Below are positions 34,774-47,137 of a stretch of 64,000 nucleotides of DNA, piece after piece. This DNA comes from Ascoidea asiatica JCM 7603 (lineage: Eukaryota > Fungi > Ascomycota), in the NCBI GenBank assembly GCA_001600695.1, contig BCKQ01000003.1:122083-186082 (forward strand), written 5' to 3'. A program made the translations under genes and the position numbers. Within the stretch, counting starts at the first letter, position 1; every line of letters begins with the position of its first letter. Below the pieces are notes generated by a model. That model did not search any database. It worked only from the letters and a program-made list of their open reading frames with translations, and had not been told where the DNA came from.

Positions 34774-36003
34774 TCAAATCAATTCAGTAGAAAACATTTG
34801 AGCGTCATCTTCAATGGCTCTTTGTTCAATATCATCATCCTCACCTTTATCATTATCATTATCACTAATGTCCATTTGATTTAAATTATTGATAACTTGT
34901 TTATCATCACTCATTGTATTATCTAATGGATAAATGGAGTTTGAGTAATATGATAATGGACTAGAAGATTTTAAAAGACTATTTGGTTTTCTATTATTAT
35001 TATTATTATTATTATTACTATTGATACCATTGAAATCAAATATTTCTCCTTTTGAAGATAATGGTTGAATATCAAGATTTGCAATTTTTGTAAAATCTCC
35101 TGGAAATACATCTGTAACATGAGGTGTATTTGGATTTTTAATAATTTTTTGTTTAAAAAAACATGAATTATTATTAATATTATTGTTAATATAAAACTTG
35201 TTATTTGAAAAAGTAGAAGAATTTGGTGTAATATTATTTGGAAGATTTAAAGAGGTTGAAGACTTTGATAATACTTTACCTGATATTGGTGTATAATTAG
35301 AAGGATATTTAGAAATATTATTAGGTGTATAGTTAGGTGTATAAGTGGGTGTATAGTTAGGTGTGTAATTTGGTGTATGATTTAACATTGAATAACTAGC
35401 ATAAGGATTTGAATAAAATGCAGTATTGGTATTTTTATTTTTACTCTTATTATTTGGTATAGTTGAATTTATCTTTTTAGGTAAAGTTGGAATTGAAGCT
35501 AATTCTAAATTTATTGGAGCTGGAGGTGATTTTCTTCTTTTCTTTAAATTTTGACTAAATGAAGAAAGTTGATAATTTTTTTTATTCTTTTCATCATTAA
35601 TTTTATGATTTTCATAAATTTCATTATTGTTTATAATTCTATTTCTTTTTTGGATATTTTTTTGAATGTTTTTTTGTAAATTTTTTTGATTTTTTTCAAT
35701 TGATTTTGATAAATATAAAATATTTTTCATTTCATTTGTTAATGGGGGTAAATTTGGTGATAAACATGAATTTAGATTAAGATCATTATTAAAATTGTTA
35801 TTGAAATTGTTGTTAGATGGATAGAATTGCATATTATTTGGTTTAACTTCAATGGTTTGTTTTGTGATATTGATTGAACTATTATTTAAATTTGATTGTC
35901 TAAAAATTGAATTACTATTATTGTTATTATTATTTTTACTTTTACTTTTACTTTTACTTTTTTTTTGATGTAAATTTGAATTTGAATTTTGTGATGAAGA
36001 CAT
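34774..36003 (-). CDS. DIG1: Dig1-like Ste12 repressor/MAPK-binding protein (tentative)
   Basis: MAPK docking motif LKKRRKSPPAPINL (cf. Dig1 KRGRVPAPLNL), a Y/P-rich middle and an acidic RAIEDDA segment (cf. LAIEDGA). Otherwise low complexity. Confidence 0.5.
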   Translation of the reverse strand: MSSSQNSNSNLHQKKSKSKSKSKNNNNNNSNSIFRQSNLNNSSINITKQTIEVKPNNMQFYPSNNNFNNNFNNDLNLNSCLSPNLPPLTNEMKNILYLSKSIEKNQKNLQKNIQKNIQKRNRIINNNEIYENHKINDEKNKKNYQLSSFSQNLKKRRKSPPAPINLELASIPTLPKKINSTIPNNKSKNKNTNTAFYSNPYASYSMLNHTPNYTPNYTPTYTPNYTPNNISKYPSNYTPISGKVLSKSSTSLNLPNNITPNSSTFSNNKFYINNNINNNSCFFKQKIIKNPNTPHVTDVFPGDFTKIANLDIQPLSSKGEIFDFNGINSNNNNNNNNRKPNSLLKSSSPLSYYSNSIYPLDNTMSDDKQVINNLNQMDISDNDNDKGEDDDIEQRAIEDDAQMFSTELI

Positions 36004-37401
36004 TTTTAATTATATTTATATTATATTTATATTATATTGAAAAGATTAATTAATGAAGTAATGAATATTAAAGAAATTTCTAAATATTCAATTCGTATTT
36101 GAATCTGAAATGCTATACAGTTTGATACAAGTTCAAACAATTTAATACAAATAAAACAATAGATTTTATTACAATTTAGGTAATTTTAATGTTAATCAGA
36201 AAAACAGGTAATCAGATAATTAAATAAGAAAAAAAGATAAAATAAATAAAAAAAATAAATAATCATAATAAAGAATAAAACTTATTAGGAAATAATAGTT
36301 TTTTAAGTAAATAAAGTAAATTTAATGATGATAAAATGGGTAAAAGTTAAATTGAATTTCATATAATTATTTGAAGATATGAAACTTTAGATAATTAATA
36401 AGCTTGAGAAGTGTAAATCAAACAATTAGTAAACCAATTGAGTAATAATTGTGCTGAAATATTGATAGTTGATTGTTTCATTATTATTTTCACTTTCTTA
36501 CGCCTAGTGAATAAAGTTGAATTCTATTCAATTCAATTCACTTTTACAATAACAATCCTTGTGAAAATTCACTGCAAATTAAAAATAATTCCCAAAGAAG
36601 AGTGCAAAATAAATCATTTTCGGTTATTTTAGAAAAAAAAAAAAAGATCCCCTTTGAAAATTAGTCTATTTTATTCTTTCTTAACCTGGCTATTCAAGTC
36701 AAATACTTTATTTTAGCTTATTTCAATTACATTCAATTCAATTTCATTTCTCTTCCAGGTTTTTCTCCTTTTTTGGGGCTCTTTCTGAAACAATTTTCTT
36801 ACAATTTTCTTACAATTTTTTAACAATTTTTCACTCTTTGATTTTTTTTCGTGTTTTTGTTTCAGAATTCAGCTCTAATTCTGTGCACCGCCACGTATTG
36901 CCTTTACGAGACAGCTGCTATTGCGTCCCGCCAATCAGCGCTGATCATTCCGCGGAGTAACCGTTGCCCAGACACTGCATACTGCACACCGCTGCAAATA
37001 AAACAGGAGGTCCGCTTGGCTGACAAAAAATTATATCACGTGAAAAATTTGTTTGTGGCTGTGCTATTTTATTTTAGTCCCAAAAAATAAATCCTAGCAT
37101 TAACTGTGATTTGTCTTAAAATATGTTTGAAATAAAATTGAAGTTCGAAACCCGACCAGTTCCGACCACTTACCCTCGGATACATTTCCCAAAACAGCAA
37201 AACTGTTTTTTTAAAAGGGATCCAAATAACTGGTGTCTCTTTTTTCTCTGATTTTAAGCCTTATTTATTTATAAATGACTAAATAATTCTTAAGAAGTTT
37301 AGATATGGAAATTAAAATTAAAACCATAAATAATTATACAATATTGTTCTATTTCACAATAATATTCTCGGGTCTAGTGTCTAGTGTCTAGTATCTAGTA
37401 T

Positions 37402-39762
37402 CTAGTTTTCTAATTCATCAACTGTGGATTCCAAGAATGAGAGCTGATCTAAGATTTCTTTACAAACTTCTTCATGTGTGAAGCCATCAAAAGTTTCAAT
37501 ATTTATCTTTAATTCACATACTAAAAAATGCATACTTTTCCATTGAACTAATTCAAAATCATATCCAATTCTTTTTGCCATTCCAGGTCCATAAAGTCGA
37601 ATTCTATTTCCATTCTCATCAATTATTTTACCACTTGTTTTTAATTCAATTGGATTTAATTTAGGAAAATTTGCATGGACGAATAAAATTCTTGGTGATT
37701 TTTTAGTTAATTCAAATGAATTTATATTTGCTTTCAAATTCTCTTTTATTGGTAATTTATTTTCATTTATTTCTTTGTTTTTATTTAGTTCTTCATTAGC
37801 TTCTTCAAATGATTTAAATAATTTTTTAGAATTTTTTAAAATATTTAAATTACTTGTTAAAATATTATAATCTTCAACTGGATCATATTGTCCCATTCCA
37901 GTTCCAACAAATTCTCTATTAATATCAAAATGTCCAAATGCATTTAAAAATTTATTAACTTGATAATATGGTTTCATTAAAACAACTGCTGCTGCTAAAA
38001 ATGTTTCTTTATCTCCTTCTCCATCTGATCCTTGAGAAAATAATGGATAATAAAAATCTGGTCCATAAATATTATAATATAATGATAAAAATAATGTTTT
38101 TAATTGATTTTTTTTACTAATCATTAATTGTCCAGATTCAGTTGTTGGATCTGGAATTGTACCTAATCTATCATGTAAAGGTATATCATTAATATTATTT
38201 TCTTCATTTAAAATCCCACTTTCATAAATTCCATAATTATGATATCCATATCTAACTCTTTTATTACTTAATTCAATACCTGCAATTTTATAATAATATG
38301 GTGATGTTGCTCTTTTCCAAAAATCTGGCCAACAAATTAATCCTGTTGATAAAAATGGTTCATTTTCAAATAAATAATCTGGTGAATGAACAGGAATATT
38401 ATCTGAATCTAAAAGTAAAACATTTTCAAATGATGATACTAATAATGCTAAAACTTTATATTGATATCCAAAAAATTCAAAATTATCTGTAACATTTTTA
38501 CCTAAAATATGAGGTAATAATATACATCTTGCATTTAATGCAGGAAATATTCTACCACATAAATCAATTTCATATTCTTCTAAAGTTGGTATTATAACTT
38601 CAATTGGTAATTTTGATCCAATAGATCTTAAAGATTTTATACTTAATAATGTTAACCAATTAAATTTTCCACCACCAACATAAACAATTCCATTACCCTT
38701 ATATAAATCTTTAATATTTAAATTTTTTTTAAAATTGATATTATCTTTTTTATCATTATTATCATTCTCATAACTATTATCATTATTACTGTCATTGTCC
38801 TTATCATTATCATTATTGTTATTATTATTAATATTTAAATTAATATCAGGTAAATTTTTAACAACATTTGAATGAGATTTTATTAATTGTTTTAATTCAA
38901 ATTCATTTAAATCTAAAAATTGACTTAAATATTCTTCAGTTAATAATGGAGTTTTACTTTCTTTGCCTACATCATAACCTGCATGATAAATTCTATCATT
39001 TGTTTTATATCTTGTTAATGGATCAATTTTTGGATTTGAATTATAAATTAGATTAAATACATTTTCAAAAAGTTCTTGTAAATTTTTTAATCTTGAACCA
39101 CTTAAATCAAAATCAGTTATTGTTGTTGCTAGTTTATATTTTTCAAAATTTATATTTTTTTCAGTTTTTGTATTTGTATTTGAAAAAGATTCTGAATTTG
39201 ATTCTTGATTTTCTTGATTTTCTTGTTTTTGTTGATTTAAGTTATTTGATGATTTATTATCATCTTCGTCATTATTACTACTATCATTGTGATCAATTTT
39301 ATTGTCATTTTTTCTGTCATTATTATTGATCTCATCAATGTTTTCATTATTATTAATATTATTGTTACGATCATGATGATCATTATTTTGAATATCTTTC
39401 AATTGTTTATGATAATTGAAATAATTATCTTTTATATTATTGATTTGATTATTACTTTTGGATTTAGTTATCTGATTTTGATTCTGTATATTATCTTCAT
39501 TATTATCTATATTATTCTGATTATTTAAATCATTTTCATTAATTATATCATTTTGATTTTGTTGAATTGAATTTACACTTTGTTTAATATCGTTTATATT
39601 TGTATCTTTATCTAAATCTAAGGTTGATCTTGAATTTGAGAAAGTATACTGATAATTATAAATTATCAATAAAAAGAATAAAAAAAATACTATAATTGGA
39701 ATGTTTTTTAAGTTTTTATTAAATCTTTTAAATCTTGAGTGATAAACTTTTATACTGAACAT
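37402..39762 (-). CDS. MNN2: GT71 alpha-1,2-mannosyltransferase (Mnn2/Mnn5 family)
   Basis: Type II anchor, GNGIVYVGGGKF, GYQYKVLALLVSSFENVLLLDSDN (DxD), TESGQLMISK, GEGDKETF, LFVHANFPKL. Confidence 0.88.
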   Translation of the reverse strand: MFSIKVYHSRFKRFNKNLKNIPIIVFFLFFLLIIYNYQYTFSNSRSTLDLDKDTNINDIKQSVNSIQQNQNDIINENDLNNQNNIDNNEDNIQNQNQITKSKSNNQINNIKDNYFNYHKQLKDIQNNDHHDRNNNINNNENIDEINNNDRKNDNKIDHNDSSNNDEDDNKSSNNLNQQKQENQENQESNSESFSNTNTKTEKNINFEKYKLATTITDFDLSGSRLKNLQELFENVFNLIYNSNPKIDPLTRYKTNDRIYHAGYDVGKESKTPLLTEEYLSQFLDLNEFELKQLIKSHSNVVKNLPDINLNINNNNNNDNDKDNDSNNDNSYENDNNDKKDNINFKKNLNIKDLYKGNGIVYVGGGKFNWLTLLSIKSLRSIGSKLPIEVIIPTLEEYEIDLCGRIFPALNARCILLPHILGKNVTDNFEFFGYQYKVLALLVSSFENVLLLDSDNIPVHSPDYLFENEPFLSTGLICWPDFWKRATSPYYYKIAGIELSNKRVRYGYHNYGIYESGILNEENNINDIPLHDRLGTIPDPTTESGQLMISKKNQLKTLFLSLYYNIYGPDFYYPLFSQGSDGEGDKETFLAAAVVLMKPYYQVNKFLNAFGHFDINREFVGTGMGQYDPVEDYNILTSNLNILKNSKKLFKSFEEANEELNKNKEINENKLPIKENLKANINSFELTKKSPRILFVHANFPKLNPIELKTSGKIIDENGNRIRLYGPGMAKRIGYDFELVQWKSMHFLVCELKINIETFDGFTHEEVCKEILDQLSFLESTVDELEN

Positions 39763-40684
39763 TTTAATTTTGTAATTTGTTTCTTTTAATTAAAGTTTTT
39801 AAATGAAATGAAATTTAATCTTCAATAATAATAAACTTCAGATAACATGAATATATTCATTGTATGAATGTAGATGAATTTTATCAATTTTATCAACTTT
39901 ATCATAACTGATTTTTTACCTTCTTTTGTAAAAATACAGTAAATTCAGCACCAATTCATTCAAATCAACTGAAAACAACTAAGACCACAAACGTTATGTA
40001 ATCATGGCTGGTAAAGAGGCGCGGTTAATAGACATTAGTGGCGAATGGAAAGGCTGCTAACAGTGGCTGGTTGAATATATTTAGGACAAACATGGCGGGG
40101 CAAAAGCGGTAAGTCTTGTCATGAGAGTCTGACCTAAATCTTTAAAATAGGAGCAAAAATATCCGCGCACGGATTCATTTATTTGTCTGCCATAGACGCC
40201 TTAATAATTTGGTAATTGCGCGCATGTCAAGCTTGCTGCGCATTTGCGCCGGCAGAGTAAAATGTTGAATAACAGCGTGGGTGTGTTCTGCGTGCGGAGA
40301 CCCTCTATTGCGTGTCATTTTCAAAGTCTCTCTCTATCTGCATGATGCACCTAGAAGTAAGCAGGTGTCGGTAGCTACCACCTCTTGCTAACTCCAAATC
40401 CGGTTTTTTATGCTGTTATTAGTCACATGCCCTTGGGTCGTTGCCCGGATAAATGGGTGTGGCGCATTTCCCCCTGCCTCGTAGGGGTGGTATTCAGAAC
40501 TAGCTTTTCTGTTGAGAGCAGTGGTAGCAGCAGCGGAGTTAAGAACACTGCCAAAGGAGAGTTTGCACAGATAAACAAACAAACATAAAAACAAACAAAC
40601 TCAAGGACAGTGCATCAGAGAAGAAGATAGGAAAGAAAGATCCCAACCAACAGAGCAGAAAATATCAATTAAGAGATCAATGAA

Positions 40685-40748
40685 GAGAACAATAAAACAG
40701 CCATAAATTCATAATCAACAATAACAAAACAATTAAGAGAACAATAAA
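40685..40748 (-). promoter_or_regulatory. Pair of Rox1-consensus sites
   Basis: GAGAACAATAAA (= TTTATTGTTCTC on the minus strand; consensus YYYATTGTTCTC) at 40685-40696 and 40737-40748. Confidence 0.5.
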
Positions 40749-43700
40749 GATAATAAAGATTAGAAAGTTTGTCTTTGTTTAAGTTTTACAAAACTGTTAG
40801 TTTGTAGGACTAGACTGCTGTAGAGAAGAATCCTTTTATGATTCAAACAACCTCAACTTCTTATTTGTAGTTGAGACCAAAGTTGGCAAAGTTAAAAAAG
40901 CATTACATTCCTCCAATAATTTATAAACTTGGAACTCACTTTATAACGTTTATCTCAATAAACGAGTGTCAGTAAAAGAATTCAGTTAAAGAAAGATTAA
41001 AAGAAGATGATGAATTTGCTGTTATTATGGTGTTTGTAGCGTTATTTTTTTTTTTCAATATTTGTAATAAGTGAGTAACAAAATAACCAAAAATATCTTT
41101 ATTATTCAGAATTTGGTAGTAAATCCATGATTGGATTTATGATTCACTACTGAATGAAATTTTTACATAGGTGAGATGATTCAAATCAATGAAAAAATAA
41201 GACTTTAGTCTAAGAAATGCTAGTAGTATTAGTTCATTTTCGAGATTTGATCAAAGATTATCATTATTTCAAGTACAGTAATATATTGATATGCTTTATA
41301 GATGTATTTCAGTATTGTTGGAAAGTATCTAAATATAATTCAAAGATTTTTTCCAAAAAAGAATCATCTACGGCAAACGAAACTTATAAAAAAGATTTGT
41401 TACAATAAATGATAAAATAAACTTGTTTATCTTTTTTTATTCCCTAAGCCAAATATATATATATATATATTATGAAAATCAATCTATTTCAAACTAGAAT
41501 TTGGTTGATCATTATAATATTCTAATATTTCATTATTATTAGTTACTGATGATTTTATTTCTTAACTCATAACATTTGTTACAATAAGTTTTATCCGATT
41601 TTGAACACGAAAACTGAATATTGTTCAAACTATTTTTTTTATTTTATCCAATATTAATTAATAATATTTTCTGAACAATTAAGTTTCTTTGATATATTAA
41701 AGTCATTCATAAATAAAAGCAGCCCATTGAGTAAAAAAAAAATAAAATTTTTCAAACTAACTGATATTGATTGATTCACTCGCCCAAATTTGTCCTAATT
41801 AATTAATTGTAACTGTGACTATGAATGTAATTAGAATTTTGATTAGGATTGTCGTTTTAACATACTGTATATTATATTGATAATTTAATGTAAGTAACCA
41901 TTATCTAATGTACATTATGATTCAAAAAAAAAATAAATTCAATAAATTGTTCATTAATTTGGCAATCTTTTAACTTTTCTTATCTGAATTTGTAAAATTG
42001 TACAAAAAAAAATTAAAATAAAAATTGGTTAAAATTGTTGTATCTTTGATACAAAACTTTGAATGTAAAGTACGTTAAAGTAAGCCCAGAAAAAATATTA
42101 TAAATTTATTTACCAAATATCATTAAACCTCAAATTCAATAACCATTTTAAAGTAATATGTTGCAATGAATTGAAAAAAATATTTTCATCAAAAAATTCA
42201 CAAGTAAATAAAAGTGGGCGAATATAATTTATTATATAGTACAGTAAAGTACTGTAGTTGAATTTCAACTGATAAATAATGAAGGATATTTACCGAAGCT
42301 TACATTTTATCAGAATCATAGGCAGAAGATGTAATTTCTACATAAAACAATACCAATTGAAGTATCACTTTAAAGCCAGTTCTTAAAAATAAATATACTG
42401 TATAAAATGTTTGGCAGGCAAAATTAATTAAAATTGCAAATAAAACAACTAAAAGAGTCTCTTGGGAATTTATTTCTTTCCTTTTGGTCTTGATCATCAA
42501 AGACCAAATAACACTAAAATCAATGAAATATCAATTAAATAAAACTCTTACACTCCTTCAATAGTTTTTTGATAATCGAGTCAAACTTCAAGGGTATTTC
42601 AAAATGTTAGCAAAGCTTGTAATGAACAATTTACTAACTTTAAGCATTGAACATTGAACATTGAGTGTATGTTACACTGAATGGATTCTGGATAAATAGT
42701 GGTAAGCAAATTTTATTTTTAAATCAAACAGACTCTAATTGAATTTCTCTCCTTTTACTCTCCTTTTTTTAATTTTTATTTTCTTTCTTCTCCTTTGATT
42801 CAAATATTTGTCACTGAAAAAGTACAGTTGTCTCCTTTGTATTGTTTTTTACTTGAAAGTGGTTGAATTGACTAGCTTGAATATGGTCAAATTCAGTTTA
42901 AAGCTACTACTTCTTAGACCATTGTCTCAGCATCATTCGACATTTTATTTGGTTGGCTTAATAATAATCTAAATGATTATGATATTATTACTGAAATATG
43001 AATTATTGTATAAAGAAACTAATTGAATAAAAAAAATTACTGAATTTATTTGGTTAAATTTGATTTTGCAAGTGAAAATTTGGATTGGAGTTGCACTTTT
43101 ACGAGCATCGCAGCATCTGCATTCCATCGAAAATCTCACTAGAAAATATTAAATAATAAATATTATTTAGAGAATAAATCTCAGCAAATCTTATGAAATT
43201 ATATTACTGTATGAAAGTATTATGTAGAGTAATTATGTAGAATAATTATGTAGAGTTACTAGGTAGAATACAAATACTGTAATGATGATGGAGACCCATA
43301 TCTGAATAACCAAGAAAGGAGTTTCAATTAGATTTCAAAAGAACACTTAAAAGCTTTAGTGGGTGATCAAATTTATAGATAATTGATTAATTAATTCACA
43401 TTCAATAATAATCGAAACAATTCAATACTCTTCAGTCCAAGACAAAAATAAAGCTAAATGATAAATGCAAATCAATCATGTTCAATTATATCCAATTAAT
43501 CCAATAATCAGTGATTCCTTTGCAGTTCCAACTTTACGAATGCCTTCATTAAATTTAGTTTAACGAAATGAATTCCAAATCGATTCTAAATGTATTTCAA
43601 ATGTATTTCAAATATATTCCAAATCTATTTTAATATCACACCAATATTACTGTGTTATTTGACTAATCTTAGACGAATTGCAAGATTGAAATATAGACCA

Positions 43701-44265
43701 ATGATTGCATTTGCCATTTGCAAAAAGAAAAAAATGGTTTGATTTCACTCACAAAAGAAAATAAATAAATTTAAAATTCACACTCAGAAAATACCCAACG
43801 TTAAAATAAAAAATTGAATTTACAGTCAATTACACTCACTTCACACTCACTTTACAATCTCTTTACAATCAAATTGCAGGTAAATATTCAAATACAATTA
43901 TAATTATAATTCAGTTGACAACCACTCCCAAAAAGCAATATAAAGTCCTCCAAGATCCTATCAGACAACTTCACTAAATTCCTGCATAGAGTCTGTAGGT
44001 CTAAATTTATTTCATTTTATTTTATTAAATCTTTCAGAATTCTTGGAGAATAACAAATAAAGGCTAACACTAAAAATATTAATACGTTCAAGTACGTTAT
44101 CCAGTAACAAAATAATATTTCACTTTCTTTTGAATACTTTTTTCAACAAAGTTGTCGATACAAGACTCAGTTAGGCCTATATATAAATCAAAACTCATGA
44201 GAAATATAAAATAATACAATCCTATACTTAGAATTAAATAGCCTTGTAACTCATGTTGTAGCATT

Positions 44266-44350
44266 CTAATTCAATTCTATTCACTTTCATTCAATCTAAT
44301 TCAATTTCATTCACTTCTATTCAATTTCATTTAACTTTGTTCAACTTTAC
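44266..44350. repeat. Degenerate 10-bp-period array (ATTCAATTTC-like)
   Basis: About 8 units, e.g. attcaattct attcactttc attcaatcta attcaatttc attcacttct. Confidence 0.7.
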
Positions 44351-44933
44351 CCAACTCAAATAATTAGAATCAAAAACCAAAATATCAAACAAAGATTTGA
44401 AAAAAAAATCTAAACATTTTATTTACCATAAGTGTCATATTTATTTTGTCTTGAATTGACACTTTTAAAATAATATATATTAACTGATTTATCTTCATTT
44501 TCTTTTTTTCTTATATATTTGTTGATTACTCCACTTTTTTTTCATTAATTTTTTTCTTTAATTCAATTCAATTTTGATAATTTCCAATTTTTTGTTTCCT
44601 AAATTTTCAATTGAATTCAGAAATATCTGTAATTATAATTTATACTATTTTTTTTTATATAATTTTCATTTTCGTATCAGTTTTTATATCAATTTTCATA
44701 TCAATTTTTATATTGAATAATTTTTATTTTCATATATATTTCATATTGCTTTATATTCTTACTTTCTTTTATCTAAAAGTATATTTAACTGAATCCAATT
44801 AATCAATCTTTTATATTTTTAGTTTCAATCTCAAATCTTATCTTAGTTCAAATAAAAAAAAAAGTAAAAAAGTTCAAATACAATTTGAAAATATATAATA
44901 ATAAAACTCAATTAAAATATAATAAATAGAATA

Positions 44934-46805
44934 ATGGATCATCGTAAAGAACTTGATAGAAGTGATAATCAATCAATTAATCTAAACAGAAGAAATTCAT
45001 TTAATTCCTTTTACAATGCTCCAGGTACTGGTTTTAATATTTCGGATGAAGAGTCTGAAGAAGCTCCTTCCAAAGGAAAAATATTAATGGAACAATCATC
45101 TGCTTCAACTACAAACAATACTACAACTGCTCATAATAGTAATGATGATAATGATGCAAATTCTGTGAATACTTCTTCAACTGCTTCAACTTTATATAGA
45201 CAAGTTTCTTATGAATTACATCAAGTAACTTCTCATCAGCATTTAGCTTTAGCTCAAGGTCATCAATTAATTCATCAACTTAAATTTTATGATTTAGCTG
45301 CTTTGACTTTTAGTTGTCAAATTGGTAGTGGTATTACTATAACAATTGGTTCTGGTTTAAAAACTGGTGGACCAGGTGCTTTATTTGTTTGTTATTTGAT
45401 TATGGCTTCGATTTGTTATATTGTATTATCTAGTTTATGTGAAATGGCTACATATATTCCTTTACCAGATGGATTTTCTGGTTATGGTTCAAGATATGTT
45501 GATAGAGCTTTTGGTTTTGCAACTGGTTATGCTTATTTTTTTAAATATGTTATTCTTGCTCCTTCTCAAATGAGTGCTGCATCTGCTGCCATTCAGTATT
45601 GGATATCAAAGGATAAAGTCAATCCTGCTGTTTGGATTGCAATATTTTTTATTTTTGATGTTGGTTCAAATTTTGTTGGTATAAATAATTATGCAACTAT
45701 TGTAAAAGTTTTTGCATCCATTAAAATAGTTGTTCTCATAGGTTTAGCTCTTTTTTCTTTTATTCTTGCAATGGGTGGAGGACCAAATCATGATAGAACT
45801 GGGTTTAGATATTGGATAGAACCTGGAGCTTTTGCTGAATATAAGTCTTTTCAAGGAAGTGGTGGACAGCTTGCTTCTTTTCTTGCAACTTTGTTACCTT
45901 CAATTTATTCTTTAATTGGGTTAGAAGTTTATGGTATTGCATTGGGAGAGACTGCTTCTCCAATCAGAGAAAATATTCATAAAGCTCATAAAATAATATA
46001 TCGTACTATTTTACCTTTATATGTTTTATTGGTTTTCTTTTTAGGAATGATTATTCCTTATAATGATGCTGCTCTAATAAAAGGTGTAAGTTCAGGTTCT
46101 TCAAATGCTGCTTCTTCTGCTTTTGTTATCGCTATCAAAAATGCTGGTATTCCTGTTTTACCACATATTATAAATGCATCAATTTTAATTTTTGTCTTTT
46201 CAGCTTCTAATTCTGAACTTTTCACTGCAATTCGTACTTTATATGGGTTATCTGTATCTGGATTGGCTCCTTCAATTTTTTCAAAAACAAATAAAAGACA
46301 TATTCCTTTATATTCATTAGGATTTTGTTCTTCTTTTGGTTTATTAGGTTTTATGAATGCTAATACTTCTTCAAAAGCAATTTTTGGTTATTTTGTTAAT
46401 GTTGTTACAGTTTTCGGGTTAATTGCTTGGGGAAGCATCTTGCTTTCTCATATTAGATTCACAAAGGCTATAGCTATTCAAGGTATAGAAAGAAAAAGTC
46501 AAGTTTATTATAAAGCTTTTGGTGTTCCATATTTACAATATTTTGGACTTGCAGTTGTTATACTCTTAATATTGATTAAAAATTATACAGTTTTCTTAGA
46601 TTATGCTGATAGTGGAACCTTTGATTATAAAACATTCATTTCTGGTTATATTGGAATTCCAATTTTTATTGGATTTTATTTTGGTTACAAATTTTATCAT
46701 GGAACTGAAATTATTCCATTAGAGGATATAGATTTATTCTTTTATAAAGAAATTATTGATGCCGAAGATGAAGCTTATATGAGAGATCACAAATCTGATG
46801 CATAA
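44934..46805 (+). CDS. APC/YAT-family amino-acid permease, Dip5-like, divergent
   Basis: EMATYIPLPDGFSGYGSRYVD, GGGPNHDRTGFRYW, SSAFVIAIKNAGIPVLPHIINA; about 12 TM segments. Confidence 0.9.
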   Translation: MDHRKELDRSDNQSINLNRRNSFNSFYNAPGTGFNISDEESEEAPSKGKILMEQSSASTTNNTTTAHNSNDDNDANSVNTSSTASTLYRQVSYELHQVTSHQHLALAQGHQLIHQLKFYDLAALTFSCQIGSGITITIGSGLKTGGPGALFVCYLIMASICYIVLSSLCEMATYIPLPDGFSGYGSRYVDRAFGFATGYAYFFKYVILAPSQMSAASAAIQYWISKDKVNPAVWIAIFFIFDVGSNFVGINNYATIVKVFASIKIVVLIGLALFSFILAMGGGPNHDRTGFRYWIEPGAFAEYKSFQGSGGQLASFLATLLPSIYSLIGLEVYGIALGETASPIRENIHKAHKIIYRTILPLYVLLVFFLGMIIPYNDAALIKGVSSGSSNAASSAFVIAIKNAGIPVLPHIINASILIFVFSASNSELFTAIRTLYGLSVSGLAPSIFSKTNKRHIPLYSLGFCSSFGLLGFMNANTSSKAIFGYFVNVVTVFGLIAWGSILLSHIRFTKAIAIQGIERKSQVYYKAFGVPYLQYFGLAVVILLILIKNYTVFLDYADSGTFDYKTFISGYIGIPIFIGFYFGYKFYHGTEIIPLEDIDLFFYKEIIDAEDEAYMRDHKSDA

Positions 46806-47137
46806 GAAAATCAAGTTTTTTATATTTTTAGTTTTTTATTTCAATTTCCTTCATTCTCTTCTACACTTACATTTTTTTTATTGATATTTGTATACTATTT
46901 TATCTTTAATGTTCAATTCCTTTTACCATTGGTAATAAACTTTCTGCTAGTCATCAAAATATATAATACTCTGTTTCATAAGACAATAAAAAGATCAGAC
47001 AAGAATGCTTATTTTTTTAAGACATTTTTTTTTTTTATTTTATAATTCTTAGATTAATTTAGTACAATTGAAAACGGATGAAGAATTTTTCATAAAAAAT
47101 GGAAAAAAAAAAACATAAAAAAAAGCATATTGATTGA

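Noticed and set aside
39990-40580. SRP, RNase P/MRP or snRNA gene
   Set aside because: The diagnostic conserved motifs were not found by eye, so it was not called as a feature.
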